In this document: positions 47,889-62,894 of the stretch, piece by piece
How positions within the stretch are numbered: position 1 is the stretch's first letter
Layout of the letters: the number at the start of each line of letters is the position of its first letter
Assembly: GCF_009914755.1 (NCBI RefSeq)
Contig: NC_060928.1
Source: the human T2T-CHM13v2.0 reference genome, Homo sapiens
Length of the DNA stretch: 64,000 bases
Reading direction: 5' to 3' (one strand)
Notes under the pieces: generated by a model
What the model was told of the DNA's origin: nothing
The model's database searches: none
What the model saw: the letters and a program-made list of their open reading frames with translations, nothing else
Program-made: the position numbers and the translations under genes

Positions 47889-47969
47889 CACAGAGTGGGT
47901 GCTCAATAAATACCCGTTGAATGTAACGCATTTCAATTCAACAGACATTTATTGAGTGCCCACTGTGTT
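47889..47969 (-). ncRNA. MIR95: pre-miR-95 hairpin (miR-95-3p 47900-47921; miR-95-5p ~47935-47955)
   Basis: The minus strand reads AACACAGUGGGCACUCAAUAAAUGUCUGUUGAAUUGAAAUGCGUUACAUUCAACGGGUAUUUAUUGAGCACCCACUCUGUG, a long stem-loop containing mature UUCAACGGGUAUUUAUUGAGCA. The arms resemble two opposed L2 3' ends. Confidence 0.95.
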
Positions 47970-50646
47970 GGGTGTCACAATCCTACCTTCCTTGGGCGCG
48001 CTACAGATGGACGTCCCGGGGTGCAGGTGGCGTGCCTTGCTGTGTGCAAATGCTTTGTTCAGTAAAAGCTGTGTGCAAATGGAACTGGTGCCCACGGACT
48101 CAGGTCTGGGGGCTACTTGGTGACAATCAAAAGAACCCCGAGAGAAAAAAAAGGGTGGCTCCCTCTCAATCTCCATGTGCTCCCCTTCCCGCCTGGATTC
48201 CTCAGGAGGCCGCAGACGGCAAGGCTCACCTGATCCAGGCACAGCCGGCAGTCTGGGTCCTCGCTGCCATTTCCATGCAAATCGGGAAACAAGGCAATGC
48301 CATCGGGACAGAAGTAAAGGCACAATCAGAATGGTTAGACACAGCGGGTTTCCTGCTCAGAGGAAGTGGATGTTAGCACACCAGGAGAAAGCGAAGGAAG
48401 GACAGCATCATAGCCACATCTTCATAAGCAGGCATGGCCAGGGGAAGGACACATATGTCTGTGCTGGAGCAGAATCTCCCCGGGGAATTCATGAGTGCAG
48501 CACGGGCCATTGGAGTCCTGCAGACCCAGCATGCCAGGATGGAGGCAGCCGCAGCCTGCGTGCATCTGCACAGGCAGCCTGGGAGAAGAATGTGACGACA
48601 AGGGGTGGGGCTGGCACACATGCCCTTGCCGCTGAGTGACCACCTGACATCCACACACCTGACATGGCCTCTGGGCCTCGCAAGGCTGGCCACCCACCAG
48701 GCTCGTGTTCTCCTGGGGCAACTCCAGGGCACCTACATTCTGGCATTTTCAAACGAGGAAGCAGTGCACGAGGTGAAGGCCACATGTGCAGGTCACAGAG
48801 AGTATCAGGGGCACGGGGGTCACAGGGGGCAGCCCGTCTCTAGTCCGGCTTCTCCCACACAGCACCCCCCTCTCTTAGTCCTGAGCCACAGGCAGGCCAC
48901 AAACGTCAGTAGAAATTCTGGGGACAGTAGTTGGCCTCCCTGAAGAGTCTGTGGGGAGGTCATCAAGTGGGGGAGGTCATCAGTATGGCCCCAGCCTTGC
49001 AGAGTTCTGCCGGCCACCTGGCAAGGGAAGAACTGAACACTGAACGATGCCACCTTGAGATCCCTAAACACTGATTTCCTGGTTCCCAGGGCAAATGCCT
49101 TGATGCCGGGACACTGAGCAAAGTGGGGAGGGTGCTGGGGAAGCTGCCGAGCTGGTGCAAGAGGAGCTCTCCTCCTCTAAACACAACGGCATCTGACACG
49201 TGAGTGCAGGGCAGATGGGCCATGAGCCAGGCCAATGTTCCCTGGCCCGTGGGCAGGTGCTACACCAGCCAGGGGCAGGGATTCCTAGGATCCGAGAGAG
49301 AGGGACCGGAGGACTGGCATGCAGCTGCCCACGGGGGCACAGGCAGGCGCGCGTGGACCAGCCCCATAGCCCCCTTGCCCTGCCTGCAGATGAGGTGGGC
49401 AGTTCCTCCGGAAGGAGCAGGCTGCCATCTGGGGTGAACCCCTCTCCCTCTGGGGGATTTTTGCAGGGGGGGGGTGGCTTTCCCATGGTGACATCAGCCT
49501 TGTGCCTGAATGCTGGGATCCTGGTATTTACAAAGCTGCACCCCAGGCGGGGGCAGAGGCCTGAGGGGTGCACAGACACCTGCTTACAGAGATCATACAC
49601 AAGCAACACACCTTTCTTTGTTTAAAGTGATTCTTTAACACATCATCATTTCCAAGCTTCTGTGTCTTCACTCTTTCCTGTCACATTGAAACACTTTTCT
49701 ACTTTCATTGTTAAGTAGGACGGTTTACAGTTTGCAGGCATGAGGATGAGGATGAGGATGAGAAACAGTTTCTGTTTACTGAGCAGCTACTATGGCCGGC
49801 CGAATGCCACACACATACCCAGTTCCAGTCTCCTAACACCTGGCGCCCATCACACGACGGGTCAGTGGTGAGCTCAGATTTGAACTTGGGACTGCCTCAC
49901 TGCAAAGCCAGGTCTTTCTTCTGCTCTCACACCCCCATCCATCCTCTCCCAGCCCCTGCTTCGAAGCTAAGCCCAAGCCTTGCCCAATGAAAACTGCCCC
50001 CAGCCCAGCTGAGACCCGCAGACCGCTTCTGGGAGGCACTGAGTGAGCACTTGCTACTGGTTTTCACCTATGATTTACAGCGGCCGGAAGCAAACAGCAT
50101 TATCTGGAGTTTTCTCTACATTTGAAAATCACTCCTGATTCAGTCTTCAAAACACCCCTAGGGTCAGGCAGACACCATCACTGTCTCTCTATGAAGCCTG
50201 AGGCTGTGCCTCGTTCAGGATGAGTCACAGGGGACAGGGATGGTGCCCATCACCAACTCCAAGTCTGCACTCATCAGCCGGACCATGCCCATGTCTGCTC
50301 TGGAGGGAACAGGCCCTGACTTCCACCCGGCAGCCCGGACGCCTTTCTCCTAAACAGCCCAGGAGCAGGTCTGGGTTTCTGCATTCTTGCACACCTTGGA
50401 AATCTGTGAGGGGACATGCAGGCGTGGCCCTCGTTAGCACACTGGCTCGGGGACAGTTCTTGGGAAGCCGGCAAACTGCAAAAGCCCCATATTTCCTTCC
50501 GGTCGGTCCTTAGATTTGTGGGCTTTGCTTTCATGCTTTTTAACAGGCAAGGCTTAGATGTAGGGGGATAGCTCTGAGTTCTGGGGCCTCTTTGCCGCGA
50601 GGCATTTTGTGCACATCACAGCTCCTTCTTCAAAAGAACCACTCAC

Positions 50647-50788
50647 GTGAGTGAAAGCTGTCCCCTGCCATCCTTTGGAGAGGGTCTCTGTCGGTCCCGC
50701 TGCTGTGGGACAAGGACTGGGTGTCCAGGTCTGGAGAATTGGTCCTTGTGTCTGCATCCCCCTTGAGCATCAGCCAGCTGCTCTTCTG
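50647..50788 (-). CDS. ABLIM2: ABLIM2 coding exon, 142 nt, phase 0-1 (QKSSWLMLKGDADTRTNSPDLDTQSLSHSSGTDRDPLQRMAGDSFHS), with NAGNAG acceptor
   Basis: ttttaccttcag|CAG|AAG ... CACTCAC|gtgagt. Lies within listed ORF 50630..50815. Confidence 0.9.
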
Positions 50789-51144
50789 CTGAAGGTAAAA
50801 AACAAAGTCATGCAAATGTCAAGGTCATCTGCAATGGTGGGAACATCTCACTGGACCCTTCTTGTAGCTTCCTTACTTCTAACATACGAGCTGACCCCAC
50901 TGTGAGAAAACTCAATATGTGAGAGATGCAGCTTTCAATAAAAATCTTGCCATTTAGTGAGACCTATCCAGATGCTATACAGGTACATGGAGCATCTGGG
51001 GGAAACGGAGCTGCCCCATCTTACGGACACAGCCACTGAGGCTCTGGGAGGCCAGGGGCCCACAGGGCTCTGCACGGGGAGAATGAGGGCTGCTGCCCAA
51101 GTCCAGCCTCGGGCTCTCCCTATGCACAGCCCTGCTTTCCAGCC

Positions 51145-51341
51145 CTAGCACAGGTAAAGCCCAGCCTGCAGCCTCCTTTTGTCATGAATACGTTGTTGGA
51201 ACACGGAGATGCCTGTTCGTGCCCTGGCTCCGGCTGCGTTCACAGAGTTCGGTAGCTGCATCGGAGATGGTTCAGCCCACAAAGCCAAAAGTACTTACTC
51301 TCTGGCCCTTTATGAAGAACGTCTGATGAACCTGTCCTAGA
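51145..51341. mobile_element. MER58A-like hAT-Charlie remnant
   Basis: TTGGAACAC...CCCACAAAGCCAAAAGTACTTACTCTCTGGCCCTTTA. Confidence 0.6.
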
Positions 51342-51637
51342 ATAATGGATGCCCCAGGGATGCACTTTGATTTATTTCCCTTTCACGGTACACATCTCTT
51401 CAGTCACAGAACCATAACCAAGTCACACGGGCATATACCCAGGACCTCGGTAGGAGACGTGTGCATCCTAAATGTAGGAAGGAAACTGATGGAAGGGCCT
51501 CCTACCTTTGGCCTCGCAGGGCCCCTAAGGAACAGAATGTAAGAGGAAGATTCGAAGTCTCAATCGGAGAAGCCCTCACAAAAGCAATTTCTTTCTGAGC
51601 AAGGCTGTTCTCAGCCAGATCTGCTCCCTGGCATTAC

Positions 51638-51690
51638 CTTCCTGTTATCCTGGTCCAAGCTTCCATCCTCCCCATCCGATCGCCTGGCAG
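51638..51690 (-). CDS. ABLIM2: ABLIM2 coding exon, 53 nt, phase 1-0 (AARRSDGEDGSLDQDNRK)
   Basis: tcccttccag|CTGCCAGG ... AACAGGAAG|gtaatg. Frame is continuous with both neighbours. Confidence 0.88.
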
Positions 51691-51907
51691 CTGGAAGGGA
51701 AAAATCCATTTGTAAAGGCCACACACCATTGCTTGTGGGTTTCTGCCTCATGGTTTCCCATGTTACAGTTATGCTCAAAAATGAAAAATCAATCAAAGAG
51801 AAGGTCAGTAGTACGAGTGCCTTTCAAAGGGCAAGGAACAAGGTAAGCTGGAGGAGGTCCCCAGGGATCACGACCCAGGGAGCATCAGCAGCAGGGGTGT
51901 GAAGTGA

Positions 51908-52283
<376 letters not shown>

Positions 52284-54519
52284 CACTTGGCCTTTTGAGA
52301 ACAAGCATTTTAAAAACCTCCCACGTAACACAAGGTCTCAGTCGTGGAGGCCTACGTGTCTGACTTGGGCGAGGGGCTCTGGATACGCCACTGACTACCC
52401 CGCCCACCCCCGCAGGAAGAAGCTTTGCACCATTTCACAGATCGGGAGACTGAGGCTCAGGGACATGGTATACCTCGCCCAAGGTCACGGGCGAGTGGGC
52501 GGTAGGGGCCAACATGAGCCCAGGCCTTCTGAGTCCAAAGTCCTTCCCTGTCTGCCACACCTGGCTAACTGCTGCTGGCAAACTGCAAAATGGTGACGAG
52601 TTCTGCTACTGGAAGACATCCACGAAGAGCAGTCAGGAAATGACAAAATTACAGAATGCAACCAGAAATGGACTCAATGAAATAGAACAAGCAAAAGTTC
52701 ATTTTGCAACAGTTCCTTTACCAAGAATACCATCTGCAGCTGAGCAACGAGGCATCTGGATTTTCCATTTGCCTTTTTCTGGGGGGTTGTCACCCAGCTG
52801 GGCTGACATTTCCAGCGAAGAATGAGCAAATAAATCACACAAGGCCATGCTGACATTTCTCGGCATCCAACTTAGTAGGTAAACACCCACACCTTGTGTA
52901 TCCCTTACAGAAACACTGACCCCATGCACTGAACAATTACACAAAAACCCGTCTCCGTCCCCAGCCCGCCACGAAGACCCAGGCCTCAGGAAGGACACGC
53001 CGAGGTGGGCTTCTTACCTGCAGCGGGTGGCGGGCTCGGGCCCGTCTGTCTTTTGCCGTACCCTGCCTCCTGCACCACCAAGGACAAGACTGATACCAGG
53101 CCAGAGAGCTTGGAAATTTGGGATTGGGCTACAGGACCTTGACAAGATAAGGCCAAAATTGAAGACTGAGCAGTTCCATTCCAAATACACTAACATCTCG
53201 TTACTCTCAACGGCTACCTGTTTCTCCTTCTTCCAGGAGAGACAGTGATTTTCAGCGTGAAAATACAAAGCCCTGCTCTCCCCACTCACAGAGGCAAATC
53301 AACGCCAAGCCTGCTCAAGAAGCGCTTAATGGAGAGGCAGAGGGGGCAGGGAGCTCCGGGGGACGCATGCCCGCAGCTGGACTCTCCTGTTGCCCAGACA
53401 ACAGCCGTCACCCGGCAGCGGAGCCCTTGAGTGTGCAGCCATACATCAGCGATGACTCTTGGCAGCTGCCCAGCAAGTCCCAGGGAGAAGGCAGGCTAGG
53501 GGCTGCTTGGAGCTCTAAGAGCACAGCCATTGTCCAAGCCAGAGAAGGGCCCTGGGGCTGAGTTGGCTGGCAAAAATAAGTGCATCGTTTCCTGAAAAGC
53601 CAGGAGGTTGGAAAGTGGATCACCACTCTTGGAATAATCTGCACGTGCATGGACAATTAAGTCGTCGCTCCAGCTGAAGGGCCCTTGGGGACCTGAAATC
53701 CCAGCCCTTGGAATTCAGGCCTGGGTCCCCAGAGGTCAGCCTGGCTTCAGGGACTTTCCTTGGCCATGGAAGATGGGTTGACTGACACATTCTGGCTGAA
53801 AAGCCATCTCAGGTCTCAAAAACAGCCTCCGCCATCTGAGAGAGGGATGCTCTGCCAAGATTTACCAAGTTTCCTTTGCAAACACTGCCAGCTCCTCCAG
53901 ATGTGCACAGTTTAACCAGACTTGTACCAACGGCTTTTTTAAAAACCAGTTTGCTAGCCCACAGAACAGATGACCGAGTCTCTTGAGAACTAGGAGCTTG
54001 GGTAGGAAAAGACAGGAAACTGGCACTTCGGATTATTGGTGGCTTGCTTCCATAACAGCTCTGAGCCTCAGTTTCCTCATCTGTAAAATGGGCAAAGGAT
54101 GCCCACCCCTCCACGTTGTGAGGATCACATGAGATAACCTGCATGGATGCTGGAACATAATAGGAAACTCAGCTTACAGGTTTGAAAAATTAGGAATAAA
54201 CAAGAGGCTAACTTTGAGGCTAATTTGCAGCATGCTGCTTTGGGATGTCAGAAAAAGATCAACTCAGGACAATCAGAGAAAGAGAGTTTAATATGTCTTT
54301 TGTATCACACAGGCAGCTCCTTCTGAGTTCTGGAATGCATTTGCCAGTGAGGAACCCTCTTGGGAAAGGCTGGCTTTCTACTCCCTGTATTCCTTGGGAA
54401 ATCTTTGGTTGGAGGCATCTGAATGAAAGTAAGAGGTCTCAAATTTTTTTTTCTGGATACAGAACTGGCCTGCCTTTCCTCCTTCCCAAACCCCATCTTA
54501 TAATTCATTCATATCTGAA

Positions 54520-55500
54520 CATCCATGCCAGCCTGTGTGCATCCCTTACTGCTTTATTCCTTTCCATATACTTATTCATTCACCCTTTTACCTACTTATC
54601 CATGCACCCACTCCTTTAACTATCTGTCCATTCATCCAGCCAGCCAGCCATCCACCCATCCATCCAGCCACCACCCATCATCCATCTACCCATCCATCCA
54701 CCCATCCTTCACCCATCCATCCATCCATCCACCCACCCACTCATCCACCCATCTATTCATCTAACTACTCATCCATCCATCTACCCATTCACCCGCCTAT
54801 ACATCCATCTGTCCATTCATCCAGCCAGCCATGCACCCATCCACTGTTCCATCCACCCACCACCCATCCATCTAACCATCCATCCACCCATCCTTCACCC
54901 ATCCATCCATCCATCCACCCACCCATCCACCCATCTATTCATCTATCTACCCATCTGTCCATCTACCCATCCACCCACCTATACATCCATCTGTCCATTC
55001 ATACATTCATCTACCCGCCCACCCATCAACCCACCCATTCGTTCATTTACCCATTGATCCATCCATCCTTCACTCATCCATCCATCCATCCATCTACCCA
55101 CCCACCCATCCACCCATCTATTAATCCATCCATCTACCCACTCACCCATCTATCCACTGCCCATCCATCCACCCATTCTTCACCCATCCATCGAGCCAGC
55201 CACCCAACCATCCATCTACCCATCCATCCACCCACCACCCATCCATCCATCTATCCATCCACTTGTGCCTTCACTTATTTTGATATTTATTCATCCAGCT
55301 TCCACTTATCTACTCACTCACCTACTCATCTATCCATCCATCCATCCATCCACCCACTCACCCACACTCACGCATCCATCTACCCACTCATCCACCCATC
55401 CATTCATCCATTCCTCTCTTTGTCCACTTCATTTATTTGCCCACTGATGCATCCATTCATCCATGTAGCCCTTAATCCATCGATCAGTCCATCTACCCTC
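54520..55500. repeat. Degenerate (CCAT/CCAC)n array, ~1 kb, with internal higher-order repeats
   Basis: Read directly. The block CCATCCTTCAC(C/T)CATCCATCCATCCA recurs near 54702, 54888 and 55063. Confidence 0.95.
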
Positions 55501-55727
55501 TGTTCACCCTTAGCCCCTCAACCTTTATCCCCATCTCCCTGTGCTGAGTGCCTACTGTGCACTGTACTGTCTTAAGAATGGGGGATGCAGAAAAAACTCA
55601 GACATGACCCTTGTCTTTCAGAAGCTCACAGGCCAGTGAAGTCGAGGCAGAGGTGGATGAGAGGGTTTCTATACATAACAAGAACTTTGATGGGAGGAGC
55701 AAAGTCAACACAGAGACACTTCCCTGA

Positions 55728-56127
<400 letters not shown>

Positions 56128-57489
56128 TAAAGCATGTTAACAGATAATAATAGATGCTATGAACCTCATTTACAGATGAGGAGACCGAGGTCCGGAGTCT
56201 AAGGTCACATAGCTGGTGATTGGAACCTTGTCTGTCTGACCCTGAAGCCAGAGCTGGAGCCACTTTGTCCTCCACGTCACATGTGTAAATTTTCAGACTC
56301 AGGGCTGCATCGCCACTGACTTTGCTTCCTGTGACTTGTACAAATCCACTTTCCCACGGAGCAGCTGAAGAGAGATGCTTCCAGGGAAAGGGCCGCATCT
56401 GATGAGTCTCTGCACTCCCTTCAGTAACTGATGTGCCAACCTGCAGCCTCAGGTGCACGGAGGAAGTGAGTGAGATGGACATGGCACAGGGGCCCCGTGT
56501 TTCCAAGAGAGGGCCCTACCAGCTCCCTCTTTGGCGGCATCAACACACCGACAGCTCTAACCTCCAAGGATCTCTTGCCCATGTCCAGGGGGCCAGCAGA
56601 GGTGTGGGGGCTGTTCCACCACTGTGCCAGGGGTGCCAGCCAAGGCTCTGCAGCCAGCAAGTGGTCTATGCCATGCTCCTCACCAGTTTTCTCTGCCTCC
56701 AGTGCAGAATCATTCCTGAGACTGCAAGAGCCTGAGGCAAGTCTGGGACTCTGGCAGCCAGGAGCCAGGACCGGCACCCCGGCAGGTGCTCTCTCTGACA
56801 AGGGAAGGAGCTGATAGCAACTGGGGAAGGTGCCCGGGGTTTCATCCCTTAGGCCAGAGAGAGACGCCCTCTCCACTCCTGGGACTTCGAATAGCTGTGC
56901 AGGAGGCTTTGAGGATTTGTCCCCTCCTACGTCTTCCAGACTTAGCCTCTAAGGAGTTGACCCATCAACAGGATTTTTTTCTGTTCTTCTCAGAATAATC
57001 TCTATCTCTACAATTCACATTGAATTGGAATGACATTGAGAGGAAGAGAGAGAGGCAGAGGGAGGGAGAGAATGTGTGTGTGTGTGTATGTGAGTGAGTA
57101 TGTGGGCAGGGCCCACAGCATGGGCGTTGGAAACTAGAAACCTTGCTGAGCCTCTCACCTGTCTGGCCGTGGGCAAATCCGCTAGAATCTCAGCTCCACA
57201 GGATCGGGGGAATGCAGGGTCACCCATGTATCCCCAGCACTGGGACAAGCCTAGCACATAGTGGGGTGGGTGCTTGAAAAACATCCCTTGGACAAATTAA
57301 TGAAAAAGTCACTTAAATCCCTCCATGCTGGGGTTTCTCCTCTCTTGAGTCAGAATAAGAACCTCTGCTCCCTGGTTGTCAGGATGGAAAAAGACTGCAG
57401 AGGACAAGGAAAGTGGGCCTGCAGTCTCGGCCCCAGCCAGCGCCTTTGCCTCCCTCCCTCTCTCCTTCCGGCCTCCCTCTCTTCCACTT

Positions 57490-57866
<377 letters not shown>

Positions 57867-58605
57867 TAGCGTGTCTTTTGTATCACACAGACAGTTCCTT
57901 CAGAGCCCCAAAATGCGTCGGCCATGAGGAACCCTCTAGGGAGAGGCTGAGTTCCTACTCCCCGGCTCCCCTGGGGAGCCTCAGCGGGGGCTTCCCAGTG
58001 CAATCCGCACTCTGGACACAGCCTGCCGTTCCTCCCCATCCCGCCGGTCCCCAAACCAAAATGAGACTCCACCCTTTGAGGTCAAAAAGGACCCAAAACC
58101 AAAATGAAACTCAACCCCACTAGAATCTGGAATCCCAGAGACACAGCAAGGAGTGATTAATTCCTGCTTTAAACCAGGGCACAAAGACACAGGGAACAAC
58201 GTGTGTCCCGTGGGGTCACTTCCACTGTTGGCTTTGGGTGGGCAGGAGTGACAGCCCCCACCTGCCGGACAAGTGGTGGGAGGTGTGTGTTGGGGGGTGA
58301 GGAGAGAGCTGCATTGCCATCTGGTGGCTCATGTTTGCTTAGAAATGAAACAGCAAATCTGGTGAACTATGAGGACTGTCCCTGCATCTGGAGAGTCGAA
58401 CTTACTGGGAAATGTTGGGGAGCCATCATTTTTCCCTCATGAAATCCTTTTATTTATTTATTTTTATTTTTGAGTTTTTCATCTTTTATGCATATTTTCC
58501 TAAATTTTATATAGCAAATCGATGATAAAATCACCACACTTCCTCATTTTATAAGTTCAAATCAGATATGAGACGATCGTAAGCTACTATTCCTGTCTGT
58601 AATAA

Positions 58606-58950
<345 letters not shown>

Positions 58951-59863
58951 TAAACTGCGCACAGCTTCCCTCCCCTGAGGGAATCGATCCACAGAAGGTC
59001 CCTGCCCGATATCAAGTGTCGTGTGTCATCTCCCTGAAACAGCCTCAAAGCCCCACGGGTTATATGGCCTTGAGTCCCATTTTCCAGGGGAGACAGACTC
59101 TGAGAAAGGAAGCTCCCCACGATGTAGCTGGAAGCCAGGGGCTGTGGTTTGCACTGGGTCTGCCTCCTGGGAGGGTTGCAGGTCCCAGGAAGAAATCACT
59201 TTTTCTCAGACCAGACAAACTAGAGCCAGGAAAGCATGAGGCAGGACAGCTCCTGCCTGCGTGCTGGAGATAAAGACTGTCTCGAGGACTTTCCACAGTA
59301 ACCTCACCAGAAATTCCTTCTCAAGGACCGCAGAAACCAAGATAAGATGCTCTCCACAGAACACCTGCCCAGTGTTGGCGTCTCTACCAATGAACGGACG
59401 CCAGCTCCAGCCTCGAGCCTCTGCCGCCGATGAACTCTGTTTCTAGGCAGCTTATGTGAAACGCTTTTGCTAAGAAGAGCTTCCCTTTACCCTCTCCTCT
59501 TCGGGTGCATATATGGCTTGCCACAGCCATGCATCTCGGATTAGAATCCTCTTTTCTAATTCCTCAGTACTTTCAACATATTTGGAGATACTTCTCTCCG
59601 GTTTTTTAGGTCAACACTCCTAAAAGTAACTGGGTTTAATACCATGAGTGACCCTAGATGGTGTGTGGAAACACAAAAATGTCCACACTTATTCCTGACC
59701 TGTTAAACTTCCTCAACGTTCAGCCCTTGAGTAGATGACATGCTGGTGGGTGCGAGGCCTCCTGCGCCGCCTCCTCCCAGGCCCTCATACAACTAGCCCT
59801 GCTTCATGACCATTCCTGACTGTTCAGGGAGGTGCTCTATTCTTGCCTGTCTTGTGTTCCTAA

Positions 59864-60178
<315 letters not shown>

Positions 60179-60302
60179 TACAGCAAAATTTTGGAATGAT
60201 AAAAGAATTTTGGTCCTTGCTTAGGGTTTAATCAAACAGGAATTAACTTGCCTTTGCATAGGAGAATCATATATAGCCAGATTTTTAAAAATACACAAAG
60301 AT

Positions 60303-60747
<445 letters not shown>

Positions 60748-62208
60748 CTAAGGGGCAGACCCCCTCCTGTCCTGCACATGTTAATCACACATTTTAAGGC
60801 ACCAATCTGAGACAAAATGGGGGGTTAATAAAAGGCCAAGGTAGTCAATCCCAATCTTGTAGCCCCACCAGCACAGAATACACAGCACTCCAGGCAGGCT
60901 GTTCAGGCTGGGTGCCATGATGGAAAGCCAGTCACTTACTGTGGCTGCTCCTTCTTTTGGCCAGGCCTCAGTTTCCCCACTTGTAACCCAAGGGAACTGG
61001 TCTGGACAATTTCTAAGGGCCCTAGAGTCTATCTAGCCCATCCCGCTCTGATCCCTCTTGGAGGTTCATGCTCTACGCTTCTCTGGTGGAAAGGCAATGG
61101 TAGAAGCCATCATTTCTGGAAACTCAAGACATTTCATTCACTTTTTTCCTTCTTGGAAAGAGGAAAAAAATGCACAAAGTACAGGACCTATTGCCATGAT
61201 GGAGAAAGTATTTTAAAAGTTTGTATAACCTGATCACTGATTTGTCAGCAAGTCACAGGAAACACACTTTTTATGAGATTCCATCTAAAAGTGTCCATCC
61301 AGTTGTCAATGTGGGATGTGGCTATTTGCTTTAGGTACATCTGGACAAGAACGTTTAATATGGAAATGCCTTTTCCCATCGCTAGTGACTTGATACAATT
61401 CCCATCATGTGCACAGCACTTTACAGTTTAGAATGCACTTCCCTATTCGATATCCCATGAAGTTCCCACGGTCAGCCTGTGGAAAGGGCGGGGTGGAGGG
61501 GATCGGTCCTGTTTTGCAGATGAGTAAACCGAGGCTCAGGATGGTGAAGCAACCTGCTGTCAATCACCCAGAAATCCCAGGAGGAAAGAGAGGGGAGACC
61601 ATGTGGCCCCGATTCCTGCTCCATGGCCCACGCAAGCTGCTCCCTGCGCACCTCCCAGGCAGGTTCACGTGGAGCAGAGCTGGGCGTCAGCTCCTATTTG
61701 CTTATGCAAGAAATCTCCGTAACGGAAGGCAAGGTCACCCATCCCATCATCAGAAATTCTCAAAACTCAAGACTAAAGTCTCCCTGAGGAATAAACGACC
61801 GATTCAAGTTTGTTCTATATTCCAAAGATCGGGCCTGGATCAGATTGTGGTTCTAGGAGCCTCTGTCCCTCACCATCTTGGCTAAAGTCTCTCTGGCTGC
61901 ATAATTGAAGGCGCCACCACCAGGCTCTTGGCTATAAACCCCCATCCCAAGCCCTGGCTGATGTGCATTAGCCTCGGCGTCGTAACGCACAGAAGTTCCT
62001 TACTCAGACATACCCTTCATCGTAATTTATCAGAACAGGACTCTCGGGAGGCTGCTAGTGAATTTGCATTTAATAGTCAGACTGCTAAGGGCCTTGGTGG
62101 TGCCTTCACTGCATTTATCAGAACACAACAAAAGGATGCATTCAGAAGCAGATGGGTATTGACAGGCATGCGGGGCAAACCACAGCAGCGGGAGGAATCC
62201 AACCGTAC

Positions 62209-62262
62209 CATGCTGTCTGTAGATAGGGGGTTTCCTATAGATGTTATCTTTTACGCCAGTGT
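62209..62262 (-). CDS. ABLIM2: ABLIM2 coding exon, 54 nt, phase 1-1 (DTGVKDNIYRKPPIYRQH)
   Basis: ttcttccccag|ACACTGGC ... CAGCATG|gtacgg. NIYRKPPIY is the motif typical of abLIM/dematin proteins. Confidence 0.93.
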
Positions 62263-62792
62263 CTGGGGAAGAAGAAAGAAAAAAAAGGAGAGAACAGGAG
62301 GGTAAGCAGCAAGTTGTGATGGTTTCTGTTCTACAGCTTTTTGTAAGCAACAAGCACTCACCCAGATTTAGAATCATCAGGCAGGAACTGGCACCCAGCG
62401 AGCGACAGACACCCAGGCCCCAGATCAAGCCTCCCTGACTCCAGATGCCACCCTCATCTGCAGGAGATGGGGCAGCAGCCAGGAACCTTGTGGTCCCCCG
62501 GGAAGTGTAGCCAGCTCAGACAGCCCTTTTCCTTCACCCCATTCCCAGGAGGACAGGTGTATCTCCCTGCCGTTTGTGGGAATTTGGAAGAAACTCAAAC
62601 ACACATCGGTTTGGGGTTGTGAAAACCCGTCTGATGGTTTTAAAGAAATCTCAGTGCCTGGGGAGCAGTGGAGGAGCCTGGAGTGTCGTCTGGCGCCTGC
62701 TGAGTCAAGGCAAGCTGACAGTTTGGGTGTGGCCAGTTTCGGTGTGGACAGTTTCAGTGTAAGGAGCCCAGCCAGCGTGTCCCGGAGCCTAC

Positions 62793-62894
62793 CTGGGACG
62801 TGGAAGTGGCGAGGTGCCTGCTGGTAGGTGGAGGGGGGCGGCTTGCTGTCAGAGAGCACGGAGAGGCTGGGGGTGCTCCGGCCACTTTCACTGC
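62793..62894 (-). CDS. ABLIM2: ABLIM2 coding exon, 102 nt, phase 1-1 (GSESGRSTPSLSVLSDSKPPPSTYQQAPRHFHVP)
   Basis: Minus strand: pyrimidine tract then ctggag|GCAGTGAAAGT ... CACGTCCCAG|gtaggc. Symmetric exon, in frame with the next. Confidence 0.88.

Noticed and set aside
54535-55575. 346-aa H/P/S/I-rich ORF
   Set aside because: Translation of the CCAT array. Low complexity, antisense to ABLIM2, and stop-free only because of repeat composition.
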